A stretch of 64,000 nt of DNA, taken from Azolla caroliniana. Lineage: Eukaryota; Plantae; Polypodiophyta. Where the stretch lies: positions 11,594,001-11,658,000 of the forward strand of contig JBHGNT010000013.1 of the NCBI GenBank assembly GCA_043228905.1. Reading direction: 5' to 3'. Shown here piece after piece: positions 23,134 to 35,784 of this stretch. Under the pieces are notes generated by a model. That model worked only from the letters and a program-made list of their open reading frames with translations. It was not told the origin of the DNA and did no database searches. A program made the position numbers and the translations under genes. How positions within the stretch are numbered: the first letter of the stretch is position 1; every line of letters starts with the position of its first letter.

Positions 23134-25926
23134 CTATTCCTCGTCCAAAATATCCAGAATACTTTGTTCGAGAGTCTCCAATGGTTCATATGAAATTGGT
23201 TGTTGTGGTTGTTGTTGTTGCTGTTGCTGCTCTGTTGGTGGTTGTTGCGACGGTTCCTTTGGTGGCTGTTGCGGCTGCTCCTCTGTTTGTTGCTCTGACA
23301 CCGGCGTTTCCGTCGTTCCTCCCTCCGGCGTAGTGGTCTCCGGTTGACTGGTTCCGGCCTGGCCCTCGGCCGACGACTGTTCCTCATCACTAAGGTTAAC
23401 CGTTGCCGCTTCCCGTGCTTTTTCTTCCCGAACCTAGGACCGCTCGTAGCTTTCAAACTGGATTTGAGCGTCCAACCTATCATCGTCTAGCTGAGCTACG
23501 AGTTGCCGGACCTACGCCAGCTGTTCATCCGCCAGGACTTGGAAGTCATCGGCCAGCTCGTCCCGTATGGCGGTGAAGTCCTCGGAAGTCAACGTGTAAC
23601 AATCATCTCCTTCCTTCCGCCGGTTTGCCACGTCCGCTCGTAGCAATTGGAGTTCCGCCGCATTTTGTGCCCACTTTGTCCACCATCTTACGGAGCTTTC
23701 GTCAATCAAGTGTTTTGTCTGATTCAGCCATGCCTGGAGGATGCACTGAATCCGGCCCGTTCCTAATTGCGATTTCCGCCGCTTGCCGTTCCTCCTTCAG
23801 TTGCTTGATGATTTTGACGTTGTCTTCCGCCTGCTCCTTGTAATGCGTCAATTCCCTTTGATATGTGCTTTGTAATTTCTGCAATACCGTTGACGCTCTC
23901 TCCTTTTCTTCCTACTGCTGCCTCTGGAGCTCCATCCGGACCTTCTCCGCCTCGTCCAACCGTCTTGTATTTTCCGCACGTTCGTCGGCGATCGCCGTCG
24001 CGGCCCGATCAACTTCCTGCTGGAGCTCGGCCATACGTTCCTTATGCTCCGTTTCCAGCCGTTTGTAGTCCCGGTGCAGGTGCTCAAAATCATCTGTCTT
24101 TTGCTTGAGCCGTGCGTTGATCTGTCAACGAGCCCGGTCCTCGCGGTCCTTCTGCTGGCGGAGCTCTTCCTTTAGCCGTTCAATTTTTGTTTCCGCCGTC
24201 TTTCGCAGCTTGTCCTTTTCCTGCAGCACTTTGTCTTTTTCCTCCCTTAGCCGGTCATACGCTTGATGGCCTTTCTGGAGGCTCTCCTCTGCCCGACGGA
24301 GGTTCTCAGCAGTCTTCTTTAATTCGGTCTCGGCCACTATCTTCAATTCTCGTTCCCGGCTCCTTAGCGCTTCTTGTGCGACCAGTTCATCTCTCAATTC
24401 CGCAAGCTCCTGGGCTTGCGCCGCATCTCTCGCCGGAACGGTTTCCGTTGCCGGGGTCTTATTGGTATGTACAGGTTGCTATGTTCCTTTATTCTGTACA
24501 CTTACCGGAGTCACCGGTGATTGGATCTGTGTTGTCGTTAAGGCCATTTTGGCCATCTCTGCCGTGACTTGATCCAAGTCTTTTTCAAGGCACCGGATTC
24601 TGGACCGGGCCGTCTCTAGTTGTTTGGTTGTGACGAGCAACCGTTCGCTTTGCGCTCTTTCTTCCGCCTCAATATACCCCACTGCTCCAGCAATCTGTTC
24701 GCCTATCCACCGGAGCCACAGGCTACCGGTGCATTGTTGTTGTGCTTGCACGGAGGTTTGACAGATGGGATCACTTGTAGATGGGTGGTCCCGCCTGATT
24801 GCGCCGAGTTGCAATTCCGTTTCTGCCCGTGGACCACCCTGTTGTCTTGGTTCCCCTTGCGCTTCTTCTTGGTTGGCCGAGGGAGGCTGCATTGACCTTT
24901 CCGGCTCTGGTGGGATGGGACTTGCCGGTGTTACTGGTGGTGCAGGGGTTTCTGATTCCGGTGCTATGCGCACTGGTTCCGGTTCCTCCCTTGGCGTGGG
25001 AGTCTCAGTATGGGGCGCTGGTATTCCCTCCGTCTGAGGGTCCGAACGTTTCCCGGCGGCCTCAACGGTCCTTGCCGACGACCGTCGCTGGAGGTGCTCC
25101 GTAGGCTCCTCCTCTATTTCTTCTTCCCGAGTCCCGACATTGAGTTTGGCCGCCAAGGGGTCCGTTTCTCTATTCACCGGTCGGCGGAGTGTAACCTTTA
25201 CGGCCGTACCGGTGGTTCCTCCTGCGCCTCCGTTGGCCGCTTCCGGCTGGCGCTCTCCTTTCCCGCCTGTTCTGTGTCCGCTGCCTTCCCCTTAGTGGCC
25301 TTAGAGGCCAACAACTGTTGTCTTTTGGAAGCCGTCTCTGGGGTGCCGTCCGCCACTCTTCCCCGCTTCTTGGGCTGGACGGGCTGGACGGGTGGCACAA
25401 GTAAGGTGAGCCACTACGTTACGACGTGCCATATCCTCCGTCCGTCTCGGCCTTCTTTGCCGTCTTTGCCTCTGACAATCTCGATCGCCGCACACAAACC
25501 GTCTGCGATCAATACCGGCCAATCCACCTTGATCCCTTCATAGGTGGCGATGATCATCCTTGCCCGGTTCTGCGGCATGACAGGGGGTCTAGGGTACACA
25601 TGGCCGTATTCGTGGAGCACACAAGCAATCTCGCGGAACAACATATCTCCGCCGCCCTGTGTCCGGTAGCCCTTGATGGCTAGGGAGTACTCACCAAAAT
25701 ACTTGATGAGTTGCTCCGAGGTCGGATTGTCAATCATGAGTATGCCACCCTCCGGAAGGCCTGTTAACGCTCGAATCGCCTCCGCCGTTATCACCTCTGT
25801 GTCGATTTCTTTGATCACCTTGTCGGCTTCTTTGTGTGGCGGTACCTCCATCATCATCAAGAAGCCCTCGAGCCCGTGTTGCTTTAGCCATGTCTTGGCG
25901 GCTTCCGACAGCGTTTGCGGGTCCAT
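23134..25926 (-). pseudogene. Extra ORF downstream of pol in element C (about 930 codons: globular N-terminus, Pro/Glu-rich linker, long coiled coil, acidic C-terminus)
   Basis: Collinear ORF fragments from MDPQTLSE (ATG 25926) through E/K/R-rich heptad stretches (24397-23702) to EPLETLEQSILDILDEE* (23134), with two compensating frameshifts and several stops. C-terminus homologous to nt 2-313. Confidence 0.65.
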
Positions 25927-26286
25927 GTCTGTGTCGAGGTCGGATTGCGGTGGCGAGGTTGGATGGTGATGAGAGTGAGATTGAGAGAGAGAGAGTTCAG
26001 AAGGTGGGGGTTCTCTGTGCGTAGGTTCTCGTCTGATGATCTTGCAGCGCCTTGGTGCTTCTGTGCTCCTGGGTTCGCGAAAGTAAAGGGTCTCCACGCA
26101 CAATGGTTTTTCTCTGTGCATTCTGGCGCCTTTTTCGAGTGTGTGCACGTCGTGTACTAAAATAGCATTATGTCCTGTGGTGGCGATTAAATGCCCACTT
26201 CGTACCTTTTCTCTCCTCGCTCTTTCGTCCATTCATACCTTGCTTCTGCATGATTACTTCGTTTTTTTTTTTTTTTTGGCGTGAGG

Positions 26287-29200
26287 TTAGTTGTCCGTTG
26301 GTCCTATTGGACCCTTACCGGCCTCATTATGGTTACCGGCCTCATTCTCCCCTGTTACCGGCTTGTTGTCTCCTCCTTCTTGGTGGTTGTCGTTCCCCTC
26401 ACAGGTTGCCGTTTCCTCACTGGTGTCGGTCCTTTGTTCAAATGGGTTCTTAGGCATCGGTCCTCTATATGGCTTCAATCGGAATCCGTTGACCCATTTG
26501 CCTAGCACTTCGCCGGCAAGTGTCCCTAACTGGTAGGACCCATTATACTCACGTGTCAGCCAATACGGGCCGGTCCATCTAAACCGTAGTTTTCCCGGCA
26601 TCTTGCCCATCTGGGTCTGAAATACTAACACCGGCTTGCCGATTGCGAACATTTTTTCATTTCCTTTCCTGTGCCGGTCGACAAATGCTTTCCGTCGCCG
26701 TTGTTCCAATTCTAAGTGCAGGATGCTTGCCAGTCGTTGTTCCTCGAGTTCACACAGCGCTGTTAACCGTATTGCCTCCGACTCCTTCTCGTTCAGCCGT
26801 TCCCGTAGTTGGATCCGTAAGCTTGGTACTTGGAATTCCACCGGCATGACCGCCTCTAGTCCGAACGCTAACCGGAACGGTGTTGTTCGGATGCTCGTTT
26901 TAAATGCCGTCTGGTATGCCCAAAGCGCGCTATGTAGCTTGGTATCCCAATCCGTTTGGTTTTCGTTGACGATCTTCCGGAGGATATTCTGGAGCGTTTT
27001 GTTCGTTGATTCAGCTAACCCGTTCGCTTGCGGATAGTATGGCGTGCTCCGTTTATGGACAACGGCATAGAATGTCGTCAGGCTTTCAACTACTTGGCCG
27101 AGAAAGTGTCCCCCTTGGTCGCTTATTAATTCGATTGGGCATCCGTAATGACACCAGATGTACTCGTATAGAAATTTTGCCGTTGACGCAGCGGTGTTGT
27201 CTCTTAAGGCTTTGGCCTCCACCCATTTCGTGCAGTAATCCGTCGCCACGATGACGTACCGATTACCTGTTCTCATTGCCGGTGGTTTGAACGATCCAAC
27301 AAAGTCCAGCCCCCACTTCTGGAATGGCTCGAGTGGTAGTACAGGCTGGTGTGGCATATGAGCCTGTTCCGTTGGCTGGCCCATTCGCTGGCATAGGTCA
27401 CATTCTTTTGCGTACCGTACCGCATCTCTTAATGTCGTTGGCCACCACAGGCCACTTTGCCATATTTTCCTGGCTGTCGCATCTCCGGCATAATGACCTC
27501 CGACAACTCCGCAGTGGGCTTCCCTCAGTATGAGGTCCTTTTCATCGCTGCGCACAGCCTGTCTCCATATGCCGTCCACGCCCTTGTGGTAAAGTGTGTC
27601 TCGTAGTAAGCAGAAATGTTGGCTTTGCACCGCCAGGCGTTTCCTTTCGTCCCGGTTCATCTCTTCTAGAGGTAGTCCTGTGCTCAGAAACTGGTGCATA
27701 TTTGTGAGCCACTTGTCTTCTTGTGCCACTGTCTCATCTGCTGCCATTTCCGTAGTGACTCGAAACAACTCTACATCCGGAAACTCGTCCGCTACTCCGT
27801 CACCTGTCTCTCTAGACTCTAATCGGCTTAAGTAATCCGCTACGGCATGCTGTATCCCGGGTCGGTGGAATATTTCGAACTCGAATTCCTGTAACAATAA
27901 GGTCCACCGGGCCAACTTACCGGTGAGTGACGCTTTGGACACCAGGTAAAGGAGTGCCAAATGATCTACATGGAAGGAAAACTTCCTTCCCAATAAATAA
28001 TGCCGAAACTTTGTCACACTGTAGATCATCCCTAGAGCTTCCTGTTCCGTGGTAGAGTAGTTCCGTTCCGCTTGGGATAGCTTTCGGCTGGCATAGTACA
28101 CTGGCCGGTACCACTTTGGCTCCGTGAGCTGCATTAATACGCTTCCGATTGCGATGTCGGAGGCGTCCACGAATACATGAAATTCTTTACTCCAATCCGG
28201 AGGCTGCACTACCGGTGCTTGCGACAATAGTACCTTGAGGGCCCTATACGCCCTATCCTCGGTGTCGGTCCACTGGAATGGTGTCCGATGTACGGCGGCA
28301 TGCAACGGTGTAGCCATGTCGGCCAAGTATCGGAACATCTGGCTATGCCACCGGATCTGGCCTAAGAACCGGCTCAATGCCTTTGCCGTTGCCGGCGCCA
28401 GTGCTTCTAATATGGCTTTCACCTTGTCCGGGTCGACTGCAATACCTTCCTGGCTCACAATATGTCTTAATAAGGTTCCACTGGACACGCCAAATACACA
28501 CTTGGCCGGATTCAAGCTTAGCCGGTACGCTCTACACTTTTCTAGACAAAGACGGAGGTGCTGAAAATGGTCCTCCTCCCGGCTATAGATGACGAAATCG
28601 TCAAGGAAAACCTGCATAAAAGCCGGGATATATTCACCAAAGATTTCCATGATGATTCGTTGAAATGTTGCCGGTGCGGTTTTGAGTCTGAACATCATCA
28701 CCACGGCCACAAACACCCCCCATTCGGTGACGAAAGCCGTTTTCTCTTGGTTGTCGGGGTGCATCCGGATCTGATTATACCCGTTGAATCCGTTTAGAAA
28801 GCTATAGACCTCATGGCCGGCGACGACATCCAACACTCCATCTGTGAACGGAAGTGGAAACGCATCCGTTACCGTAGCCGCATTGAGTTTCCGGTAGTCC
28901 ACACAAACTCGAATTTTTCCGTTCTTCTTCGGTACAACTACGATTGGGCTCAGCCATGTCGCTTTCTTTACCGGACGGATAAAGCCAAGTCTTAGCAGTT
29001 TGTCGATTTCCTCCTTGACTTTGGCGGCATAATTGGGATTCATCCGGTACCGTCTTTGTGCCACTGGTTTTGCGTCCCTGCTCAAGTGGACCTGATGCTG
29101 GTATAACTGAGGGTCGAGTCCTCGCATGTCTTTGTATGACCAGGCGAACACATCGCGAAATTCCGTGAAAGGTGTGATCATCGCCGTTTTTTCTTCGGAC

Positions 29201-29718
29201 TTCATCTCCTTGGCGATGTGCACCGGTTTTGCTTCGTCCGTGGTCCCTAGGTTCACCTCTTCAAGTTGCGACGCTTTTACGCATTGTGAAACGGCCATTT
29301 CCCGTTCCAACGCTTCCTGCACATGCCGTAACTCCCGGATTGCGTCTTTATCCGGTTCTGTTTCAGCCTCTGCCGGCTGCGGTAAGTATGGTGCTACTGC
29401 TTCGGCAATGTCAATTTCGAAGAGGGGTATGATCTTCGGGTTTTTCTGCAAGTACTGAGCTTCTTCTTCGTCAGCTAACCCTTCTAGCATGTTGACGCAC
29501 TCTGCATACAACGGTGTACATTCCTTGCCAGTGCTCGTCCTTGGCTGTGTTGGTACCCGTACCTTGGCTTTTCCTCGCCGGAAGGTAATTATATTTTTCC
29601 TCCAATTCTGTTTGATATGTGCCATTTTCAACCACGGCCGCCCCAGCAATAGCGGGTATGCACCTTGTGCCTGTAATTGTAGCACTACTGCCGAGATATG
29701 AAATGTATGACCACCCAC
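26287..29718 (-). CDS. Gypsy pol (RT-RNase H-integrase) of element C, 1143-aa open frame
   Basis: CVDYRKLN, FLDDF, VFVDASDIAIG, FHVDH, HYAGD...CDLC, WGLDF, YPQANGLAE, WTGPY. RT catalytic D replaced (YSFLNGF), so probably inactive. Confidence 0.85.
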   Translation of the reverse strand: MGGHTFHISAVVLQLQAQGAYPLLLGRPWLKMAHIKQNWRKNIITFRRGKAKVRVPTQPRTSTGKECTPLYAECVNMLEGLADEEEAQYLQKNPKIIPLFEIDIAEAVAPYLPQPAEAETEPDKDAIRELRHVQEALEREMAVSQCVKASQLEEVNLGTTDEAKPVHIAKEMKSEEKTAMITPFTEFRDVFAWSYKDMRGLDPQLYQHQVHLSRDAKPVAQRRYRMNPNYAAKVKEEIDKLLRLGFIRPVKKATWLSPIVVVPKKNGKIRVCVDYRKLNAATVTDAFPLPFTDGVLDVVAGHEVYSFLNGFNGYNQIRMHPDNQEKTAFVTEWGVFVAVVMMFRLKTAPATFQRIIMEIFGEYIPAFMQVFLDDFVIYSREEDHFQHLRLCLEKCRAYRLSLNPAKCVFGVSSGTLLRHIVSQEGIAVDPDKVKAILEALAPATAKALSRFLGQIRWHSQMFRYLADMATPLHAAVHRTPFQWTDTEDRAYRALKVLLSQAPVVQPPDWSKEFHVFVDASDIAIGSVLMQLTEPKWYRPVYYASRKLSQAERNYSTTEQEALGMIYSVTKFRHYLLGRKFSFHVDHLALLYLVSKASLTGKLARWTLLLQEFEFEIFHRPGIQHAVADYLSRLESRETGDGVADEFPDVELFRVTTEMAADETVAQEDKWLTNMHQFLSTGLPLEEMNRDERKRLAVQSQHFCLLRDTLYHKGVDGIWRQAVRSDEKDLILREAHCGVVGGHYAGDATARKIWQSGLWWPTTLRDAVRYAKECDLCQRMGQPTEQAHMPHQPVLPLEPFQKWGLDFVGSFKPPAMRTGNRYVIVATDYCTKWVEAKALRDNTAASTAKFLYEYIWCHYGCPIELISDQGGHFLGQVVESLTTFYAVVHKRSTPYYPQANGLAESTNKTLQNILRKIVNENQTDWDTKLHSALWAYQTAFKTSIRTTPFRLAFGLEAVMPVEFQVPSLRIQLRERLNEKESEAIRLTALCELEEQRLASILHLELEQRRRKAFVDRHRKGNEKMFAIGKPVLVFQTQMGKMPGKLRFRWTGPYWLTREYNGSYQLGTLAGEVLGKWVNGFRLKPYRGPMPKNPFEQRTDTSEETATCEGNDNHQEGGDNKPVTGENEAGNHNEAGKGPIGPTDN

Positions 29719-32700
29719 GGTGACTTCTAATTTCCGTATTAATCATGTCGACCGCACTGAGCTTGTATCGGCCATCCGTAACCAGAACGGACACGGCTCC
29801 CACTCGTGGATTCCCAGGGCATCACATGTCCGGAGGCTTATTACATTCACCCCGGAGCCTCCGTCTATAACTGTGCCGGGGAGTTCTTTCCCTTTTACAA
29901 TGGCGGTGATAACCGGACTATTGGTGTCCACCACCGTTGGTCCCTCCTCCGAGTTCGAGAAGAGTACTGGTGCCGGTGATGATTCTCCTGCCGTCATGGC
30001 CGTCTTCAGTCCTTCCGTGAATCTTGGCACGAGCTGTAGGAGTCTTCCTAGTGGCAGCGTAATCTTGCATTCTTGCAACGCCAGCCATGTCTCGTTCTCG
30101 GAGTGACTACCGTCGGCAAGCCCTACGGTATTCTCCTTTTGCCGCTGTAAGTCTGTGACATTTTGCTCGTTTGCTTTTTTCACCCATTCTGTAGCTTGCT
30201 TCCGGATGGTCTCCTACGTCTCCCATTCTTTGGCCATGCCCTTCGACCTTGTGGTCACTTGCTGCAGATCTGCCACTTCAGGGACTACCATATTTACTGC
30301 CGGTCGTTTGTCATAGCTCTTCGCCGGGCATTGATTACTATAATGGCCTTCCTGTCGGCAGTAGTAGTAGTAGGCTTTCCGGGTATTGCTGGATTCGGCA
30401 TTGTCTGTTGTACCCGAGGCCGGTCCTGTGGTAAGCGCGGGGTTTTGGGCCGGTTGGCTGCTCGAAGCTCCTTGTTTCGGATCTCGTGGGTAGCCTCCTT
30501 TTTTGAAATGCCGTTTTTTGTTATAGTTCTTCTTATTGCGGTACTCTTGGCGAGGTTGGTCGTTATATCTGCCGTATTCCTCCCGTTGCTGACGATACCC
30601 GGGGGAGTGCTCCCGGTCGTAATGTTTGTATCGTCTATTGTAATCCTGGTACCGATCATATCTATCATGCCGGTCGTAGTTATCCCGCCGATCACCATAT
30701 CGGACATCATTTTCCCGTCGATCGCCATACCGGACATCCTGTGCCGGTCGGTCGCGGTCCATTCGCTGCCAGCGATCCTCTTCTTCATCCTAGCTACTGC
30801 GTGGCTCTATTTGTCGGACGGGCGGTGCTTACAGTTCAATAGATTATACTCGCACCTATCCGTCGTATGGCCCTTGGATTGACAAATTACACATTGCGTC
30901 CTCATAGTGCATTCTAGTGCCGAGTGTCCGGAATTCAAGCAAGTTGTGCATTGTATTGTTTGCCGAAACCGGAGGTCTTCATCGGATGGTAACGCCCGTT
31001 GGAGTGCTCCCAGTGTGAGCCAGGAGCTTGTCTTTTCCATCTCTCTCACCCAGTCAATGACCTGGTCGATGGTACTTGTGCGGAAGTCAATTACCGTGCA
31101 CACCGTGCGTAGGGGTTCCCGGAGCGCATTCAGAAATATAGTCCGTAATTCCTCCTCCGGGGGTGCGCGGGCAAGCTGACTATGCATCCGTTGAAACCGG
31201 ATGACAAACTGGGGAATGCTCTCGCCTGCCTCCTATCGGATGGTATAAAATAAGCCCACCATTACGGTCTGGCCCACCTCCTTTTGGAAAAAATGCAAGA
31301 ATTTAGCTTTTAAATCTGCGAAGGTGGTGATGGTAGACGGGTCCTGCGTCCGGCGCCATCTTGCTGCCGGTCCCTCCAATGTGACGCCAAATTTTGCTAT
31401 CTTAGAGCGTTCCTCTTCTTCCGGGGTCAATCACTGGGACACATGGTTTGCTTCCCATGTCAGTTCAAAGGCGTGAACATGAGCTTCCGCGTCCGGATCA
31501 TCTCTATACTTGGAGTACTGGAACGACATGTCGTCGTCCGGTATCGGTGCGCGGGCTGGCGGTGTTGGTGGTCGTTCCTGGTTTTTCTCCGGCGTCGGTG
31601 GGCTTTCCTGATTTGTTTCCGGCATCGGCGGTCTTTCCTCTTCTTTTGGTGACGAAGGCCTCTCCTCCTCGACTTCCGGTGTCGGAGGTTGCTCTTCCTC
31701 TGCTGGTTCCGGAGGTTCCAGCGTTAGCAATTCCGGTTCCGGTGTCGGTAAGGTGTCCGATCCTTCGTCCTCCGGTCCGCCCGGGGTTTCGTTGCTGCTA
31801 CGGTAGTTCGTGTGCACGCTGTATTCCCCTTCGGAATCCATTTCATACGCTAAAAAAGCTTCTGCTTCGCCTTCTCCGTTTGCCAATGCCTGGAGAAGGG
31901 ATTCGGTTTCCCGGAGGCTGCTTAGGCTGCTGCCGTCGTCCGGGTGCGATGTTTGCTGTAACCAGAGGGAGTCCTCCGCTACTCTCTAGATTACGTTGGA
32001 AAACGAGCGATCCGCTCTAATTTCCTGCGCCGCTTGCTGGAAAGCCTCACGTCTCCTTTGCCTTTCGGCAAGGCGTCGAGTTCGATCTGTAACTAGGTCG
32101 TGCGTTGATCTAGTCATCCATCCGTGCCGTCATTCGCTGCAAAAGCAGGAATCGTGGTCGCCAAAACTGTGTTAACTCTTAGGGCCGGACAATGGCCTAA
32201 CACAGGGTGTCTACGGAAGACACTTCACCAAAGGGTATTACGGCAACAAGATTAGACTCAACGATTAATCCGACTTAATTAAGTTACTTAGCAAGATCGT
32301 CCTTAATATTCACACGTGTAAGATATAACAATGAATGCAGAACGACAATTAACACAGAGATAACAATACTAAGCCGGTCTGTATTACAAAACGGTGCCAT
32401 CCGTACCTGTTCGGGATCGGTCCGGATCCGGAACGGCATACTGATTCTGGTCCGTCCGTCCCCACTCATAGCTTACTTACAACCATTCCTACTAATTTAA
32501 TAACTCCCCGTTTCACACTCTGGACTCCTTTGCCGGCCGGGCCGGTAACATTCAGTGCCGAAGAACCGTCATGTTCCTTTCTGGAGTCAGATCCACTCGG
32601 ATCCGACTCATCAATACTGGTTTCATAATCTGGCATCTTCTTCTTCCCCTTCTCTTTGCGCGTGAACCGTCTCCTCGGTTCCTTGCGCGGGGAGAGCACG

Positions 32701-35700
32701 ACAGAGTCTTCACTACTCGCCAGTTCCTCATCCGACTGGTCGGATTGACCCAGTCTCTCGTTCGGCCCACTCAACCGAAACGATTCCGGACTCTCTTCTT
32801 GAGTCCCGGATTCATCATCTTCTAACTGGGCCGGTTCAGGTTCACTAGCCTCATCCTCCGATATCGGGTCAGGGTTAAAAGTTGGAGCTGGTAAGGCATA
32901 CCACGATGCCGTCTCATCAAACTCAACATCGCGGCTAACTCGGACCTACTTCTTTTGGGGGTTATAACACTTATACCCCTTTTGCTCATGTGAGTAGCCA
33001 ACAAGGATGCATTTTTCCGATTTTGCATCCATCTTCCTCCGCTTCTTATCCGGCACATGCACATATGCTATGCTGCCGAAAATCCGAAGGTGTCTCAAAT
33101 TCGGCTTGCGCCCGAAATACAGCTCATGCGCGGACAATCACCGATCCAGTTTTGGATGTAGACGGCCGTCTGGACCGCCTCCGCCTAGTAGAAATGGGGC
33201 ATGCTCTTCTCTTCCAGCATTGCCCTTGCCGCATCGACAAGCGACCGGTTCTTCCTTTCGGCCACACCGTTTTGCTCCGGTGTGTATCTGTAGCTGAAGT
33301 ATCTCCGAATTCCTGTTTGCTGCAGATGACTGTTGAATTGGCCGGAAAAATATTCTTTTCCGCCATCTGACCGCAGGCACTTGATCTTCCTCTCCGATTC
33401 CCGTTCCACCATGCTCTGGAGGTTCCAGAAACAGTCAAAGACTTCGCTCTTTTGCTCAATGAGGTAGATCCATGTGTGCTAGCTATAGTCGTCGATGAAG
33501 GAGACTAAGTATCGACTCCCGCCAAGACTCACGTTCTGTGCCGGTCCCCATAAATCCGAATGAATAAGGTCAAGCTTGTTACAACTACGGTTTTGTTCAA
33601 CGGGGAATGGAAGCCAGTGTTGCTTCTCGAGTTGGCAGGCTTCACATACTTGGGCCTTCTGGCCATTAAACTTCGGCAAACCGAAAACAACTTGTTTCGT
33701 CTGCAGGTCTTGAAGCCTTCGGTAATTGACGTGGCCGATCTGCTTGTGCCATAGGTTGATGTCTGATTCAACTTTCTGTCCTTTGGCGAACAAGGTGGTG
33801 CCGATGTCATTGGTGTCGAGGATGAACATCCTCCCATCTCTGTGCCCTTGCGCGATAATCTAGCCCTCCTCCTCGATGAAGCACCCGAGGTGCGTAAACC
33901 GCACCTGCATTCCCTGGTCGACGATCTGTCCGACCGACACCAGGTTCTTCGTGATAGTTGGAACGTGTAATACGTTCATTAGCTTCCCCCTCTGTTCGAC
34001 GTGGCTCAGGGGAATTTCTCCGACATGCACAATTGGGTGAGGAGTGTCGTCTCCGGTTTCGACAACTCCCGGTTGTTCCAGTTTCTCCAAGAAGGAGAAC
34101 CACTCTTTGTGGTTCGTCATGTGATTTGACGCCCCGGAATCAACGTACCACACTTCCTCCGATTTGGAAGTGGTTTTCTTCCTCGAATTTTCCTCGTGCT
34201 TCATCACCAAGGCTGGCCCCTTACCGGCTTTTCCGATTTTGGATCCTCCCAATCCTTCTGTGTAGTGCGAGTATTGCCGGTTCTCTCGACCGGTTTTGCC
34301 GGATCCGGATCTTTCCGAATCGGCGCGCTTCTTCCAGCACTCGCTTTCTCTGTGGCCCTTTTTACCACAATACCAACATTCTGTGGCGGATTTTTCTTGC
34401 CGTCTTGACTCCCCTTGGTTGTGGAGGTCCCGGAACTACTGTCAGCACAGTCTCTGTGCCGTTGGTCTTGCCCTTGCCGACCGCCTCCATTGCGTGCTGA
34501 CCCGCCTTGTCCACCACACCCACGGGGCCGATCCGCCTCCGTGTACAACATCCGACTGTCAGTGGGTGCACTTGTTGACGCACCGGCGTGGTTCTCCTCT
34601 ACAAGGAGCATCGACTGTAAGTCGAAAAAAGACGGCGTATTTTCCCTCATACAAACTGTCATTCGGAAAGCTCCGAACCTGGATGCTAGCCCCCCAAGGC
34701 ACACTTGCACCATCTCGTCCTCCTCGACGTTTACATTGACGGAGGCGAGTGAGTCACAGATTTCCTTGATTTGGGCCATGTAATCGGCCACAAACAGATT
34801 TTTCTGTCAGACATTGATGAGCTCCTGTCTATTCTGTAGCTTGCTGGTCGTTGTGCTTGCGGCGAAAAACTTCTTCAGGTTTCCTGAAGCTTCTTTTGGC
34901 GTCTTGGCATCTCGGATATAGCTCAGCAGCTTGTTTCCGACACTGGACGCAAAGTAGTACATCACTCTGCTTGCCGATTGTTCCCACACTGGGAAGTCCT
35001 TGTGTGCCGCATCAGGTGCTGTAGCTCCATTGACATAGCTCCAGTACCCATGCCCAAGCAGGTACTGGTGCATCTTGTAAGACCAAGATGCGTAGTTGGT
35101 TCTGTCGAGCTTCTCCACCAGGAGCGAACTAGCCATTCCTCTATCCATTTTTCTTTTCCTGTTCTTTACGAAAGTTTTCTTTTCAAGCTATGTCGGCTGC
35201 AGAGGTTCTGAACCCTCGCGCTTTGATACCATGTAAAAACAAATAGCGTGCGGAAACAATAAAAAATAGAAAATAGAGAACATGTTTAATGGAGAGCTTA
35301 ACATGACGCGGGAGAGATAGAGAGAGCAGAAAGAGAATCACTATTCAAAAAACTATATCAACACTCTGTACATAGTATGTGTTTAGAAAACACTTTTATA
35401 CAAGTCCATACGGACTGACAGAAGTATGGTGTACTTCAATGCTCACTCGAGTGTCTAACACTAACTACGAGAGTAATAACTCCCTAGTAGTCTAGCTGCT
35501 ACTAGGCTTCCGGTTACTCATGGATCCGGCTAGCCGGCTCCCCAGCTCACCGGCTCTTTTGCTCACCGGCTCAGGCTTATTCAGCCGATCTGGCTCCAAT
35601 TGAGCTTGCCGCTCAACAGTATTCTACCATATATGGATTCTACATTATGTTTATATAGCTTAGCCCATGTATGGGTTGCCTATCTACGTCTGAGTTAAGA

Positions 35701-35735
35701 AAGGCCGTGTACAAGTAAGGGGTGTCTATCTACGT

Positions 35736-35784
35736 TGTCGTGATGTGGGAAGCTCACATGAAGAAATGTATTAGATGTAAGTTA
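35736..35784. mobile_element. Possible short LTR-terminus fragment of an A/B-related family
   Basis: acgt|TGTCGTGA at 35732-35743 matches the flank and terminus of the element A LTR, and sits where the PPT/3' LTR of H should be. Confidence 0.35.

Larger units (their letters stand above)
22643..32550 (-). mobile_element. Element C: full-length Ty3/Gypsy non-chromovirus with LTRs 22643-23079 (3') and 32170-32550 (5') and an extra 3' ORF
   Basis: Near-identical TG...CA LTRs; TSD ttcgg/ttcag; PBS TGGCGACCAC 32154-32163 (tRNA-Arg-like). Gag with CCHC knuckles (31886-30214, disrupted), PR VIDGGSGVNV, RT-RH-INT in 29718-26287. Inserted between INT and RT of Copia D. Confidence 0.95.
20665..35618 (-). 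mobile_element. Element D: Ty1/Copia retrotransposon (5' LTR 35232-35618), interrupted by element C and lacking its 3' LTR
   Basis: PBS TGGTATCAAAGC (Met-i) 35220-35231; gag KLDRTNYASWSYKM from 35148; PR WYVDSGASNHM; INT IHSDLWGP/LRSDGGKEY/PEQNGVAERKN; RT MDVKNAFLQG, YGLKQAPRAW, LYVDDL; RH YTDADWAG, YCDN, KHIEVHYH. Many stops. Confidence 0.92.
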
